Shown here: positions 37,185 to 47,323 of the stretch, in pieces
Numbering within the stretch: position 1 is the stretch's first letter
Layout of the letters: each line of letters opens with the position of its first letter
Assembly: GCA_963555985.3 (NCBI GenBank)
Contig: OY820591.1
Location: 1,632,001 to 1,696,000 of the forward strand
Source of the DNA: Dehalococcoidia bacterium
Lineage (GTDB): Bacteria > Chloroflexota > Dehalococcoidia > Bin125
Length of the DNA: 64,000 bases
Direction: 5' to 3'
Made by a program: the position numbers and the translations under genes
Notes under the pieces: model-generated
Database searches by the model: none
What the model saw: the letters and a program-made list of their open reading frames with translations, nothing else
Told to the model about the DNA's origin: nothing

Positions 37185-38171
37185 TCATCCACGCTCCAAG
37201 GCCTGGTATGAGTCGGCGATCCGGCGGAAGTTGACGATTCGTACGTCGAGTCCGCTCTCGGCGCAGAGCTCGAAGGCTCGATTCATTGCACTGACGATCC
37301 AGCGTTCGTCATTGCCGAAGACGCCGCCGCCAACGCTGGTGAGGTAGACGGGCGCGCCCGGGTAGCGATCGGCGTTCTCAATCGCAGCCAACAGCGTCGC
37401 CTCGTACAGCGCTTCGAGGATGAGCGCCGCAAAGCGATTGGCCTGCCCACTTGACTCAGGCCAATACGCGAGCGGCAACGCTGAGCAATAGGCCTGCGAG
37501 ACGAGATGTCCCGCGTTGGGATGTGTGACTTCAACGTCCCAGTGAAGACCAATGCGGAGCCGCGAGCGGAGTTCGTCCTCGTCGCTCAAATTCATCGCCG
37601 CGAGCTTCGCGCCAAGCGCTTCCAAACCGCCAGGGGCAGGCATGGCGTATCCGTTGCGCAGCTCGAACAGCGGCTCTCCGCTGCCAGAGAGCCAGTCCTG
37701 GACGTCACGCAGACAGTCGATCTGCTGGTCGGCGGTCTGTCCAACTTGATCGCCGAGCGGCACGAAGTAGTTGCGATACACCGTTCCCGCCCCGGCAGCG
37801 ACCGCACAGGCAGGCCCCTGAGTGCGGTCGTGGGCGTAGCCGCTGATCCCTGCTTCGGGAGTGACGTCCGGACTAATCATTTCGAGCAGGTTGAATTGGG
37901 AGGCGGCCTGGATCAGTGCGTGGGCGTTGGCGGGGTCGCGGTGGAGCGCGCCGGCTTCGCCGACGGCGTTGCGAACGCGGATTGGGGTTCCGCGCCGAGT
38001 GTCAACCCGCTCACGCAGTTCGGCGAGAGTTGGGGTTTCGAGTCGGCCAATGGCGAAGGAGCGTCCGTTGGCGCGAGAGCGCAGGCTGTCGCCGACGACC
38101 GTGAGATGGGCGTAGACGGCGTCCGAGGTCTCCTGGAAGCCGAAGAGTCGCTCGAACCAGTCAGCGGGCAT
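37185..38171 (-). CDS. Uncharacterised protein, probable macro-like domain
   Basis: DWFERLFGF, QAASQFNLLEM, DRTQGPAC, LTSVGGGVFGN (Gly-rich loop like macro/PARG diphosphate loop). Confidence 0.6.
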   Translation of the reverse strand: MPADWFERLFGFQETSDAVYAHLTVVGDSLRSRANGRSFAIGRLETPTLAELRERVDTRRGTPIRVRNAVGEAGALHRDPANAHALIQAASQFNLLEMISPDVTPEAGISGYAHDRTQGPACAVAAGAGTVYRNYFVPLGDQVGQTADQQIDCLRDVQDWLSGSGEPLFELRNGYAMPAPGGLEALGAKLAAMNLSDEDELRSRLRIGLHWDVEVTHPNAGHLVSQAYCSALPLAYWPESSGQANRFAALILEALYEATLLAAIENADRYPGAPVYLTSVGGGVFGNDERWIVSAMNRAFELCAESGLDVRIVNFRRIADSYQALERG

Positions 38172-38592
38172 CGGCGGCGCTCCTCCCCGGCGTGTTCAGG
38201 GTGTTCAGCGATAAATTTTTTGGGCGGCGTTCGATCCGCTTCGCCTTGGAATTTGCAGGGTTTTGGCGTTCAGGCCGTTCAGGGATGTTCAGCATGGGTT
38301 TGAGGGCTGCCAAGAAAAAAAACGGAGACAGGCAGAAAAACAGCCGCACGCGGGCAGAACACCCACACCAGGACCAGGAGAAGGAGGTAGTAGGCATGAG
38401 CGGCACCTTTCGGTTGATCTTTTCTAGAACGGGACATCTAATTATATCGCGCTAGGAGTTGGATGGGGCGTCAGCGGGCGGTTTCGCGCCAATTGCAGAT
38501 GTAGTTGGACTGCTCAGTCTTATCGCTCGGGTAGTTGCCGGCGAAGAACTGGTCGGGAAGGACCCAGAAGGACTCTGAACGAGGGAGTGCCG

Positions 38593-39582
38593 TCATGCAG
38601 GTACGAGGCCAGGTTTGAGACCTAGCCGGTCGCGGATTTCGTCCGACATTTCCGACCAGTGCTCCACGAGTAGTTCTACGAGCTGATTGCCGTTGATCAG
38701 CTCGATCGGCTGGAATCCCTCTGCCGTCGCCCGTTTCTTTGTACGCTTTGCAAAGTCAGAGGTGGTGATGATCGCTCCGCGCCCGCCGTCCGGGATTCCA
38801 CCACGTAGTTCTTGCACCGTCTTAGGGTTGACGTTCCGCCCGACCTCGTATCGTTTTGCCTGAACGAACACCCGAACGCGAGCGAAACTCGCACCAGATA
38901 GCACGCCAACGACATCAACCCCTTCATCGCCGGAGCCTCCAGTTCGCTCAACGTCCTCGTATCCCACCGCGGTCATCAAGTCTTTCACGAAGAACTCGAA
39001 CTCGGTTGGGTCAAGCGTCAGGATTCGCTCAATGACGGCCTTCGTGGCATCCACTTGCTGAACTACGAGTTCCGGCGATCGCCCTTCGGACATCGCGACT
39101 ATCGCGAGAAAGTCGCGACGACTGTTCACGGAGAAGACGGTTATGCGTCCGCGAAGATTGTTCTGAAGCGCGATCGGCAGCGCCCACCGATCCAATGGCT
39201 GCTCCCTCCACTCGACGGTGCGTCGGTGTCGGAATTCGCATCCGTCGGAGCCACTGAAGAAGCGGTAGGCACCTGCGGAACCGATCTGGCCATAGAAGAG
39301 CCAGCGCGAGTCAGCCGCCGGGGTAATCACCCAATCTCCCTCGCGCATCTCAAATCCGAACCTGCGGATCTGACCTGCGGCCTGCCCAAGCTCCATCTGG
39401 GTACTCCACGACCACTGATTGCTCAGCGCGTCTTGGATCGCATCTGGCCCGCCGAGATCCTCCAAATCGCCGATTTCGTTCCAACCGATGGCAATGTAAC
39501 CGCCCTCTACCCAGAGGTCGGTGAATCTACCGCCGTCGGCCCGGACGACCCAGACGTTCGGTATCCGCGCTGCCGTGGCCAT
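38593..39582 (-). CDS. Mrr-like (type IV) restriction endonuclease
   Basis: N-terminal VWVVRA...YIAIGW domain; C-terminal Mrr_cat FE...DEGVD...VQAKRY...IELINGNQLVEL. Confidence 0.85.
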   Translation of the reverse strand: MATAARIPNVWVVRADGGRFTDLWVEGGYIAIGWNEIGDLEDLGGPDAIQDALSNQWSWSTQMELGQAAGQIRRFGFEMREGDWVITPAADSRWLFYGQIGSAGAYRFFSGSDGCEFRHRRTVEWREQPLDRWALPIALQNNLRGRITVFSVNSRRDFLAIVAMSEGRSPELVVQQVDATKAVIERILTLDPTEFEFFVKDLMTAVGYEDVERTGGSGDEGVDVVGVLSGASFARVRVFVQAKRYEVGRNVNPKTVQELRGGIPDGGRGAIITTSDFAKRTKKRATAEGFQPIELINGNQLVELLVEHWSEMSDEIRDRLGLKPGLVPA

Positions 39583-39592
39583 CGGGTGCCCC

Positions 39593-41239
39593 CTAGTGCC
39601 GATTGGAGTAGTCGATCTCCTTCGACGTGATCACCTCGATCAGCGCCGGCTGACCTTCCTCCGTCGCCGCGATCCCGCGCTTGAACGCCTCCTTCAGATC
39701 ACCAGGCGACTCCACTCGCTCTCCGTAGCCGCCGAAGGCCTTGGCCATATCGGCGTAGTGACCGGAGATATCGGTCGCCCGATACTTCTCCGTCGCCGTC
39801 TTCATGATTGGAAGCTCGATCGCCATCGAGAAGTTGTTGAGCAGCACACTGAGGATCGGGATGTTTTCGCGCACCGCCGTCTCGAAGTCCATCCCGGTCA
39901 TGCCGATCGCGGCGTCGCCCCAGACGTTGAGACAGGTCTTCTCGGGGGCGGCGACTTTTGCGCCCATCGCGTAACCGAGGCCGGTGCCGAGTTGGGTGGT
40001 CTTGCCCCAGCCGATGTAGCTCAGCGGCGTGGTCGAGTTCCAGAACGGCGACATCTGGTCGCGCGGCGAGCCGGCGTCGTGGGTAGCGACCACGTTGTCG
40101 ATCCCGACCGTCTCGTCCAGCGTCGCGTGCAGATCCTTCAGCGCCCGGTACGGGTTGATCGGAGCTTCATTGTGGTCGCTCTTGTGCGACCAGTCCGCGC
40201 GCCACTCACCGTTGATCCGGGCGATCTCGGCGGCGATGGCGTCGGCGCGTCCGCGCGGTCCCGAGATCAGCTCCCGCACCTCGCCGATGATCGCGTCAAG
40301 CACGAGCCCTGCATCGCCGACGATGCCCTCCGAGATCTCCACCTCGTTGTTGAAGTCCTCAGGGTCGAGCGTCGAGTGGATGTAGTACGGACCCTTCGGC
40401 ATCGCCAGACCGAAGCCGGTCTTGGCGAAGGAGCAGCCGATCCCGAAGATCACGTCGGCATTCTGGACGAATTGATGCACTGCGCGCGGGAAGGCGCGAC
40501 CACCCGAGCCCAGCGAGAGCGGATGCGTTTCCGGGAACGCGCTCTTGCCCTGGAGCGAGGTCGTGACCGGCGCTTCGAGCAGCTCGGCCAGTTCCTTGAG
40601 CTGATCCCAAGCCTTGGCGTAATGCACGCCCTGCCCTGCGTAGATCACTGGGCGCTCGGCGTTGACCAGCGTCTGGGCGGCTTTGCGGGCGTCAGCCGGG
40701 TCGGGGCCGGTGCGGTGTGATGGCGTGGGCCGGTAGTCGATCGGCTCCTCGTGCTCAGCGCCCCAAATGTCGCCGGGAATCTCAAGCACTACCGGTCGCG
40801 GACGACCGTTGCGGGCGTGGGTGAAGGCGCGGCGCACGGCGTTGGAGAGATCGTTGGGGTCGGTGAGCTGCTCGGTCCACTTGCTCACGTGCTGGAAGTT
40901 GACCAGGCCGCTGAAGTTGGGCGCGACGTTTGTCTGCGCGCGGGCGTAGCCACCGGGAATGGCGACCATTGGAGCGGACTCGCTGTAGGCCTGGGCGAGA
41001 CCGCCGAATGAGTTCTCGGAACCGGGGCCGTTCTGGGTCAAGTAGACGCCGACCTGATCGCCCGACGTCATCCGGCCGAAGGCGTCGGCCATATGGATCG
41101 CCGTGCGCTCCTGCCGCACGACAATCGTGCGGATGTCGGCTTCGGCGGCGGCTTCGAAGATCGGATTGACGGGGTAGCCGACTACAAAGTCGACCCCCTC
41201 ACGCTTCAACATCTCGGCGATCGCGTTTGCGGTTCTCAT
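39593..41239 (-). CDS. Thiamine pyrophosphate-dependent enzyme (acetolactate synthase-like)
   Basis: VRQER, GPG, GRPRPVVLEIP, WGDAAIGM...LLNN TPP-binding motif. Confidence 0.9.
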   Translation of the reverse strand: MRTANAIAEMLKREGVDFVVGYPVNPIFEAAAEADIRTIVVRQERTAIHMADAFGRMTSGDQVGVYLTQNGPGSENSFGGLAQAYSESAPMVAIPGGYARAQTNVAPNFSGLVNFQHVSKWTEQLTDPNDLSNAVRRAFTHARNGRPRPVVLEIPGDIWGAEHEEPIDYRPTPSHRTGPDPADARKAAQTLVNAERPVIYAGQGVHYAKAWDQLKELAELLEAPVTTSLQGKSAFPETHPLSLGSGGRAFPRAVHQFVQNADVIFGIGCSFAKTGFGLAMPKGPYYIHSTLDPEDFNNEVEISEGIVGDAGLVLDAIIGEVRELISGPRGRADAIAAEIARINGEWRADWSHKSDHNEAPINPYRALKDLHATLDETVGIDNVVATHDAGSPRDQMSPFWNSTTPLSYIGWGKTTQLGTGLGYAMGAKVAAPEKTCLNVWGDAAIGMTGMDFETAVRENIPILSVLLNNFSMAIELPIMKTATEKYRATDISGHYADMAKAFGGYGERVESPGDLKEAFKRGIAATEEGQPALIEVITSKEIDYSNRH

Positions 41240-41290
41240 GCGTGCTCCTCGTGCATTCGCGCTCAGGGGCGCGGATTTGGGCGGCTAGGA

Positions 41291-42721
41291 CTATCCGTCT
41301 GAGTGTACGGGAGGTTTCCGGTTCGCCCAGGGCTGCAACTGCTCCAGCGCCGAACCGATCCGAATCAGCGACGCTTCGTCGGCATAGGGCGCGATGAAGT
41401 GGGTACCGATCGGCAGGCCGTCCTCGTTCCAGTAGAGCGGGATCGAGGCGGCGGGGTTGCCGGCTGAGTTGAAGGTAGAGGTGTAGGCGACGGTGTAGGC
41501 GACGTCCTCGCCTTGGGCGCGCATGTCGTCGCGGTCGAGGTTGAGGTGACCAAGCGGGAACGGCGGCATCGCCATCGTCGGCGTCAGCATCAGGTCATAG
41601 CCGGTAAAGAAACCGGCCACGATCCGCCCGATCGCGTGGACGGCGCGAGTAGCGCGGATGTAATCGGCGGCGCTGGGCTGTTCGGAGTTGATCATCTGCC
41701 ACGTGATCGGCTCGACGTCTTCGGGATTAGGTTCGCGGCCAAGTTGGGCAGCGCGATCTTGGACGGCGACAAGCGTGCTGGGGCGAACGACATTCCAGAG
41801 GGCAATCCGCAGTTCTTCGGGAATCTCCAACTCCGCCTCTTCAACCTCAAGCCCAAGCTGGCGGCAGAGGTCGGCGGCGTGATCAACTGCCGCGATGCAG
41901 TCAGGATGCGTCTCAACGCCGTTAAAGGCGTTCGTGATCACGCCAATCCGCATTTGACCAAGATCACGTCCAACCTCCTCAGCCCACGGGCGCTCGGGCG
42001 GCGGCGCATAGTACGGAGCGCCAAGATCGGGACCGGCAGTCGCATCGAGCAACGCCGCAGAGTCGCGCACGCTGCGAGAGACCGCGTGAATCGTCGACTG
42101 CCCCGCCCAACCTTCGCCCACATCGGGACCCGAGGGAGTACGCGCCCGGGTCGGCTTGAGCCCAAACAGGCCGCAGCAGGAGGCGGGAATGCGAATGCTG
42201 CCGCCCCCATCGGAGGCGTTCGCAATCGGCAAGATTCCCGCCGCCACCGCCGCGGCCGCGCCCCCGGACGATCCGCCCGCCGTGTGCTCGAGATTCCACG
42301 GGTTGCGAGTCTTGCCGTGAACGATCGACTCGGTCGTCGCGGTGATCCCGAACTCAGGCGAGGTGGAGCGTCCAAAGATGGACAATCCCGCCGCCTTGTA
42401 TCGCGCCGTCAGCTCATGGTCGTGATCGGGCACGTAGTCGACGAAGATCCGCGAGCCGTTGCTCATTGGCTGACCCGCATAGAGCAGGTAGAGGTCCTTG
42501 AGCAGAAAAGGCACGCCCGTGAACGGTCCCTCGGGCAGACCGGCGTAGGCGCGTTCTCGCGCCTCGTCGTAGTAGGGATAGACCACTGCGTTGATCTGCG
42601 GGTTGACCCGTTCCGTGCGCTCGATCGCTTCTTCGAGCAGCTCGGCCGCTGAAACCTGCCCGCTGCGAACCATTTCGGCGAGGTCGGTCGCGTCATAGTC
42701 GGAGTAGTTCTGAATAGCCAT
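41291..42721 (-). CDS. Amidase-signature family protein
   Basis: [37 protein letters not shown]. Confidence 0.93.
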   Translation of the reverse strand: MAIQNYSDYDATDLAEMVRSGQVSAAELLEEAIERTERVNPQINAVVYPYYDEARERAYAGLPEGPFTGVPFLLKDLYLLYAGQPMSNGSRIFVDYVPDHDHELTARYKAAGLSIFGRSTSPEFGITATTESIVHGKTRNPWNLEHTAGGSSGGAAAAVAAGILPIANASDGGGSIRIPASCCGLFGLKPTRARTPSGPDVGEGWAGQSTIHAVSRSVRDSAALLDATAGPDLGAPYYAPPPERPWAEEVGRDLGQMRIGVITNAFNGVETHPDCIAAVDHAADLCRQLGLEVEEAELEIPEELRIALWNVVRPSTLVAVQDRAAQLGREPNPEDVEPITWQMINSEQPSAADYIRATRAVHAIGRIVAGFFTGYDLMLTPTMAMPPFPLGHLNLDRDDMRAQGEDVAYTVAYTSTFNSAGNPAASIPLYWNEDGLPIGTHFIAPYADEASLIRIGSALEQLQPWANRKPPVHSDG

Positions 42722-42810
42722 GACAATCCTCCACGTGGCGTAAATGGCGCGTTCGCTTCGAGCAGGATACCGAGTAGGCGTAGGCTGGCGGCAGTGCCGA
42801 AGGAGCCACA

Positions 42811-43518
42811 ATGCGCGTCGATGGCCGCCGAACCAGCGAAATCCGTCCGCTCTCCTTCGAGACCAACGTGCAGATGCACGCCGCAGGCTCCTGCATCGTC
42901 AGCGCGGGTAACACCCGCGTGCTCTGCGCCGTCTCGTTCGAGGACAGCGTGCCCCGCTTCCTGCGCGGTACCGGTTCCGGCTGGGTCACAGCCGAGTACA
43001 ACATGCTCCCGGCCAGCACCAACACACGCACGAACCGCGAGCGCGCCCTTTCCTCCGGACGCACGCACGAGATTCAGCGCCTGATCGGGCGCAGCCTGCG
43101 CGCCGCGCTCGACCTCGATCGGCTCGGCGAACGCACCTTCACCATCGATTGCGATGTGCTCCAAGCCGACGGCGGCACCCGTACAGCCGCCATCACAGGC
43201 AGTTGGGTCGCTCTGCGCCTGGCCCTAGCCCGCGTCGGCATGGCAAACCCGCCTCTGAACGGAGCGGTCGCCGCAATCTCAGTCGGGATCGTCGCCGGCG
43301 AGGTCCTGGTTGATCTCTGCTACGAGGAGGATTCCGCCGCCGAAGTCGACTTCAACGTCGTCGCTCTGGACACCGGCAGCCTGATCGAGGTCCAGGGCAC
43401 AGCCGAAGGCGCTGTCTTCAGCCGCGATCAGTTGAACGAAATGGTGCGCGCCGCCGAGTCCGCTTTGCCCGGCATCTTCGCCGCGCAAGAGCAGGCAATC
43501 GAGGCCGCTCAGAAATAG
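42811..43518 (+). CDS. rph: Ribonuclease PH
   Basis: GWVTAEYNMLP, GRTHEIQRLIGRSLR, DCDVLQADGGTRTAAITG, EVQGTAEG. Confidence 0.97.
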   Translation: MRVDGRRTSEIRPLSFETNVQMHAAGSCIVSAGNTRVLCAVSFEDSVPRFLRGTGSGWVTAEYNMLPASTNTRTNRERALSSGRTHEIQRLIGRSLRAALDLDRLGERTFTIDCDVLQADGGTRTAAITGSWVALRLALARVGMANPPLNGAVAAISVGIVAGEVLVDLCYEEDSAAEVDFNVVALDTGSLIEVQGTAEGAVFSRDQLNEMVRAAESALPGIFAAQEQAIEAAQK

Positions 43519-44378
43519 TCCGCGTAGAGACCGAGGTAGTCGCCGCCCACGACCAGGATGTGCGCAGGACCGGATTCCTCGTCAGCCTGCTGCCCGGGGA
43601 AATTGCTCAGCAGACGGAACCCGCCGGGCGATCGCTCCTCGGCAAAGTCAACCACATCAGCCCCGACCTGGCCCACATCCTCCCACAGCGCCCGCTGCGA
43701 CACTCCGCTGCGCGGAACCGCCAATACAGCCAGTGGCGGCAGCGCCCGATTGGGACTGGAGAACCCCACCGAAACCGTCACCTGCCACAGATTCGACCTG
43801 CCCGCCGCCAGCACCGGCAGCGCGTTGTAGAAGACCGTCGATTCGGTCTCGTGAACGACTTCCCGGCCGTTCGCCCTCACAGCCTCTAGCCACGGCTCTC
43901 CGGTCGGTGCAAACCTCGAGACGTCAAGCTCAGGCGCCGCGTGAACCTGCAAGTGCGCATGCGGCTGCGACTGCTCGCCCATCGAGCCGAAGTTGCAAAA
44001 CACGCGAAAACCGGAAGCCGCCCGCTGCGGATTGCGATCTTGCATCCACTCGATCACCTGAAGCGCGTGATCTCGAGCGGTGCGTCCCACCTCGCCTAAA
44101 TCCCGCCACAGCTCCGACTGTTGCGAGTAGAAGCGCCGCCCGTTCGTGGGCGGATGCTCAAGCGGGATCACCAGCGACGTCAGATCGAAAAAGAGGAACT
44201 GATTCTCGAAGACGAAGACCTCGGGCCGCTCATCCGACCAGGGCGAACTCGGATCACCCCGCCGCGAATCGATAAACCCTCGATGACCGTCCCGAAAAAA
44301 GAGCGCAGACTCCCGCCCCTCGGCAATGCCGCAGAAGACGCAATAGCGCGTGTGCTCTTGTCCCGGCTTAAGTGGCAT
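43509..44378 (-). CDS. Tandem HIT-fold protein (HxHxQ motif in repeat 1, degenerate repeat 2)
   Basis: CVFCGI, LVIP..H, GFRVFCNFG, QSQPHAHLQV; second repeat LAVPR, GFRLLSN, AHILVVGG. Confidence 0.65.
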   Translation of the reverse strand: MPLKPGQEHTRYCVFCGIAEGRESALFFRDGHRGFIDSRRGDPSSPWSDERPEVFVFENQFLFFDLTSLVIPLEHPPTNGRRFYSQQSELWRDLGEVGRTARDHALQVIEWMQDRNPQRAASGFRVFCNFGSMGEQSQPHAHLQVHAAPELDVSRFAPTGEPWLEAVRANGREVVHETESTVFYNALPVLAAGRSNLWQVTVSVGFSSPNRALPPLAVLAVPRSGVSQRALWEDVGQVGADVVDFAEERSPGGFRLLSNFPGQQADEESGPAHILVVGGDYLGLYADYF

Positions 44379-44465
44379 GAATGCAGCGTCGCACTGAACG
44401 CGCGGGCGATCAATCGGGGCGTTGATACGCTCTACACATCCGACGCGCTCGAAAGGCGGTGCTCA

Positions 44466-45689
44466 ATGGTCCGCGTAATCCCGTTTCGCGGTCTGCGCTA
44501 CGACCCGACGGTCGTCGGAGACTGGGGAGCAGTCTTGGGGCCGCCCTACGACATCGTCGACGCAGCCCAGACGGCAGCTCTGAGATCAGCGAGCCCCTAC
44601 CAAATCGCGCACATCGAGATGGCGACCGGAGAAGACGAGATCGCGACTGCCGCACAGCGGCTCAGGGACTGGCAAAACGCAGGCGCGATCGTCCGCGACG
44701 CACAGCCCGCGTTCTACCTGCACGAGCATCGATTCACCGCCGGCGGCAAGGAGCAGACCCGGCGCGCCCTCTTCGGTGCGGTAGAACTGTCCGACTGGGG
44801 CATCGGGGGCGTCATGGCGCACGAACGCACGATGCCCGGCCCAAAAGCGACCCGCACCGCGCTGCGCTCAATCGTCGGCGCGGATGTCTCGCCGCTGATG
44901 GCCTTCGTCCCCGACACAGAGGGCGCGCTTGCAGCCCTGATCGACACCGCGGCGCAATCGCAGCCTGTCTGCGAGGGAGTCGATCCAATGGGAGACGCCC
45001 ACACCTTGCGAGTGCTGGACGAACCCTCCGCCGTCGCCGCCATTGAAACAGCCTTCGCCTCCCAGCGCGTCTACATGGCCGACGGTCACCACCGCTACGA
45101 GTCCGCCCTCGCCTCCCAGGACGAACGCCCAGGCTCACGAAGTGTCCTCATGGGAATCGTCTGCGCGGGCGATCCGGCGCTGGCGGTCGGCGCAACCCAC
45201 CGCGTCGTCCACACCCCCGCCCCACCCGATCTGCTCGACCGAATCGCCGAATCGTTCACCGTCCAAGCGGTCGCCGAAGCCGTCATCCAAACCGAACTGC
45301 CCGACGGCAGCGCCACAATCGGCATGATCCTCGCCGACACCGCATATGTGCTCACACCAACAGAACGCGCCTACGCGGAAATGCCGAATACCGTGCCTGA
45401 ATCCTGGCGCGAACTTGCCCCTGCCCTCCTGCAATACGCAATCTTGGAACCTGTCTGGAGGATCGACGCCGAAGCGCTCGCGGGAGGCCAAGCCGTCACC
45501 TACACCCACCATCTCTCCGAGGGCCTGGACGCCCTCAAAGAAAGCGCAGCCTCCGCCGTCTTCGCACTCCCGGCCCCAACCTTGCAAGACGTGATCAGCA
45601 CCGCCGACGCCGGCGGCTTCATGCCCCAAAAATCGACCTACTTCGTCCCCAAGCTCCCCACCGGCCTCGTCCTCCACCCGCTCGGCTGA
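44466..45689 (+). CDS. DUF1015 family protein
   Basis: IPFRGLRY, PPYDIV, HERT, YMADGHHRYE, MPQKSTYFVPK. Confidence 0.9.
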   Translation: MVRVIPFRGLRYDPTVVGDWGAVLGPPYDIVDAAQTAALRSASPYQIAHIEMATGEDEIATAAQRLRDWQNAGAIVRDAQPAFYLHEHRFTAGGKEQTRRALFGAVELSDWGIGGVMAHERTMPGPKATRTALRSIVGADVSPLMAFVPDTEGALAALIDTAAQSQPVCEGVDPMGDAHTLRVLDEPSAVAAIETAFASQRVYMADGHHRYESALASQDERPGSRSVLMGIVCAGDPALAVGATHRVVHTPAPPDLLDRIAESFTVQAVAEAVIQTELPDGSATIGMILADTAYVLTPTERAYAEMPNTVPESWRELAPALLQYAILEPVWRIDAEALAGGQAVTYTHHLSEGLDALKESAASAVFALPAPTLQDVISTADAGGFMPQKSTYFVPKLPTGLVLHPLG

Positions 45690-45696
45690 GCCACCC

Positions 45697-47295
45697 CTAC
45701 ATCTGCGCCTGAGCCAACGCCTCAATCCCGTCAATCTCCACGATCGCCCGCTCCTCGGCAGGCGTCAGCGCACGCGAGATCGTCAGCGCCATCAACGCCT
45801 GTCCACTCGGATCGTCCGGGTTGAAACCCACATCCATCGCCGCAATGTTCACGTCCAGCCGACCCAGCGCCAGCCCCACCTCCCCAATCCGTCCCGGCCG
45901 ATCCTCGTTCCGCAGCACCAGCAAATGCAGATGCTCAAGCCTCCGCCGTTGCGGACCGGCGATGTGTACGTGAAACCCGTTGATCTCAACCGTCGCCGCG
46001 CGTCCGTGCTCCAGCGTGCCCATCAGCGAGGTTTCACCATCGGCGGTGTGCAGTTCCACCGTGATCGCCGACGTATACGGCTCCGCGTCAGGCGACTTCC
46101 GCTCCGTGATCCTCCAACCGCGATGACTGATCACGTTGTTCACATTGACCAGGTTCACATGTTCATCGGAGATCGGCGCAAGCAGCCCCGCAATCACCGA
46201 GGCCTTGAGCGGCGTCACATCGTGATTCGCGATCTCGCCCCGATAGTCAATCGCAATATCGCCCCACTGACCCGAAGCGAGCTGGGTCGCCAGCCGCCCG
46301 CACATCTCCGCAACTGCGAGATACGGCCCCACCACTTCCAGCGACTCAGGATCAATAAACGGCGCGTTCACAGCCGCCGCCGTCGGTTCCCCCCGCAGCA
46401 CACGCAGGCTCTCCCGCGCAATCTCAACCGCGACCCGCTCCTGAGCTTCCTGCGTAGACGCGCCCAGATGCGGCGTCGCCAGCACCCGCGGATGCCGAAC
46501 CAGCGGATTCTCGACCGCAGGTTCCTCAGCGAAGACATCAAGCGCAGCCCCGCCGAGCGGCCCCTGATCCAGCGCAGCGCCCAAAGCGGCTTCGTCGATC
46601 AGACGCCCCCTGGCCGTGTTGACCAGCAGCGCCCCCTGCTTCATCCGCCCAAATTCCCGAGCCCCAAGCAGCGGCGGCGCATCCGGCGCAGCGGAGCTAT
46701 GCAGCGTGACCACATCCGACTCCGCCAGCAGATCATCGAGCAATCTGAGTTCGACCCCGACCGCCCGCGCTCGCTCCTCCGGCAGAAACGGATCAAACGC
46801 CAGCACTCGCATCTCCATCGCCTGGAGCCGCCGCGCCACCGCCGAGCCAACTAGTCCCAACCCGATAATCCCGGCCGTCTTGCCCCGCAACTCCGCCCCC
46901 ACAAACTCCGCCCGCGCCCAGCGACCGCCGCGCAGCGCGGCATTCGCGTCAGCCAAATGCCGCGCCAGCGACAGCATCAGGCCAATCGTCAGCTCCGCCG
47001 CCGAGACCGTGTTCCCCCCGGCCGCGTTGATCACCGTGATCCCCTGCTGGCTCGCCGCATCCAGATCAATGTTGTCCACCCCCGCCCCAGCTCGCGCGAT
47101 CAGCCGAAGCTTCGGCGCAGCCCGAATCAGCCCTGCATCAACGCGAGTCCCGCTCCGCACGATCAATCCGTGATACGGCCCAATCGCCTCCCGCAACGCG
47201 ACCGGACCCAGCTCGTAGCACAGATCAACATCCGCCTCTGCCGAGAGCAGAGCGACCCCCTCCTGCGACAGCGGCTCGGTGACGAGGATGCGCAC
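45697..47295 (-). CDS. serA: D-3-phosphoglycerate dehydrogenase
   Basis: ARAGAGVDNID, GIIGLGLVG, NTARG, TPHLGASTQEAQ, ASB and ACT domains. Confidence 0.95.
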   Translation of the reverse strand: MRILVTEPLSQEGVALLSAEADVDLCYELGPVALREAIGPYHGLIVRSGTRVDAGLIRAAPKLRLIARAGAGVDNIDLDAASQQGITVINAAGGNTVSAAELTIGLMLSLARHLADANAALRGGRWARAEFVGAELRGKTAGIIGLGLVGSAVARRLQAMEMRVLAFDPFLPEERARAVGVELRLLDDLLAESDVVTLHSSAAPDAPPLLGAREFGRMKQGALLVNTARGRLIDEAALGAALDQGPLGGAALDVFAEEPAVENPLVRHPRVLATPHLGASTQEAQERVAVEIARESLRVLRGEPTAAAVNAPFIDPESLEVVGPYLAVAEMCGRLATQLASGQWGDIAIDYRGEIANHDVTPLKASVIAGLLAPISDEHVNLVNVNNVISHRGWRITERKSPDAEPYTSAITVELHTADGETSLMGTLEHGRAATVEINGFHVHIAGPQRRRLEHLHLLVLRNEDRPGRIGEVGLALGRLDVNIAAMDVGFNPDDPSGQALMALTISRALTPAEERAIVEIDGIEALAQAQM

Positions 47296-47323
47296 TGGCC
47301 CGCTTCCCCCGCGCTCTTCGGAG

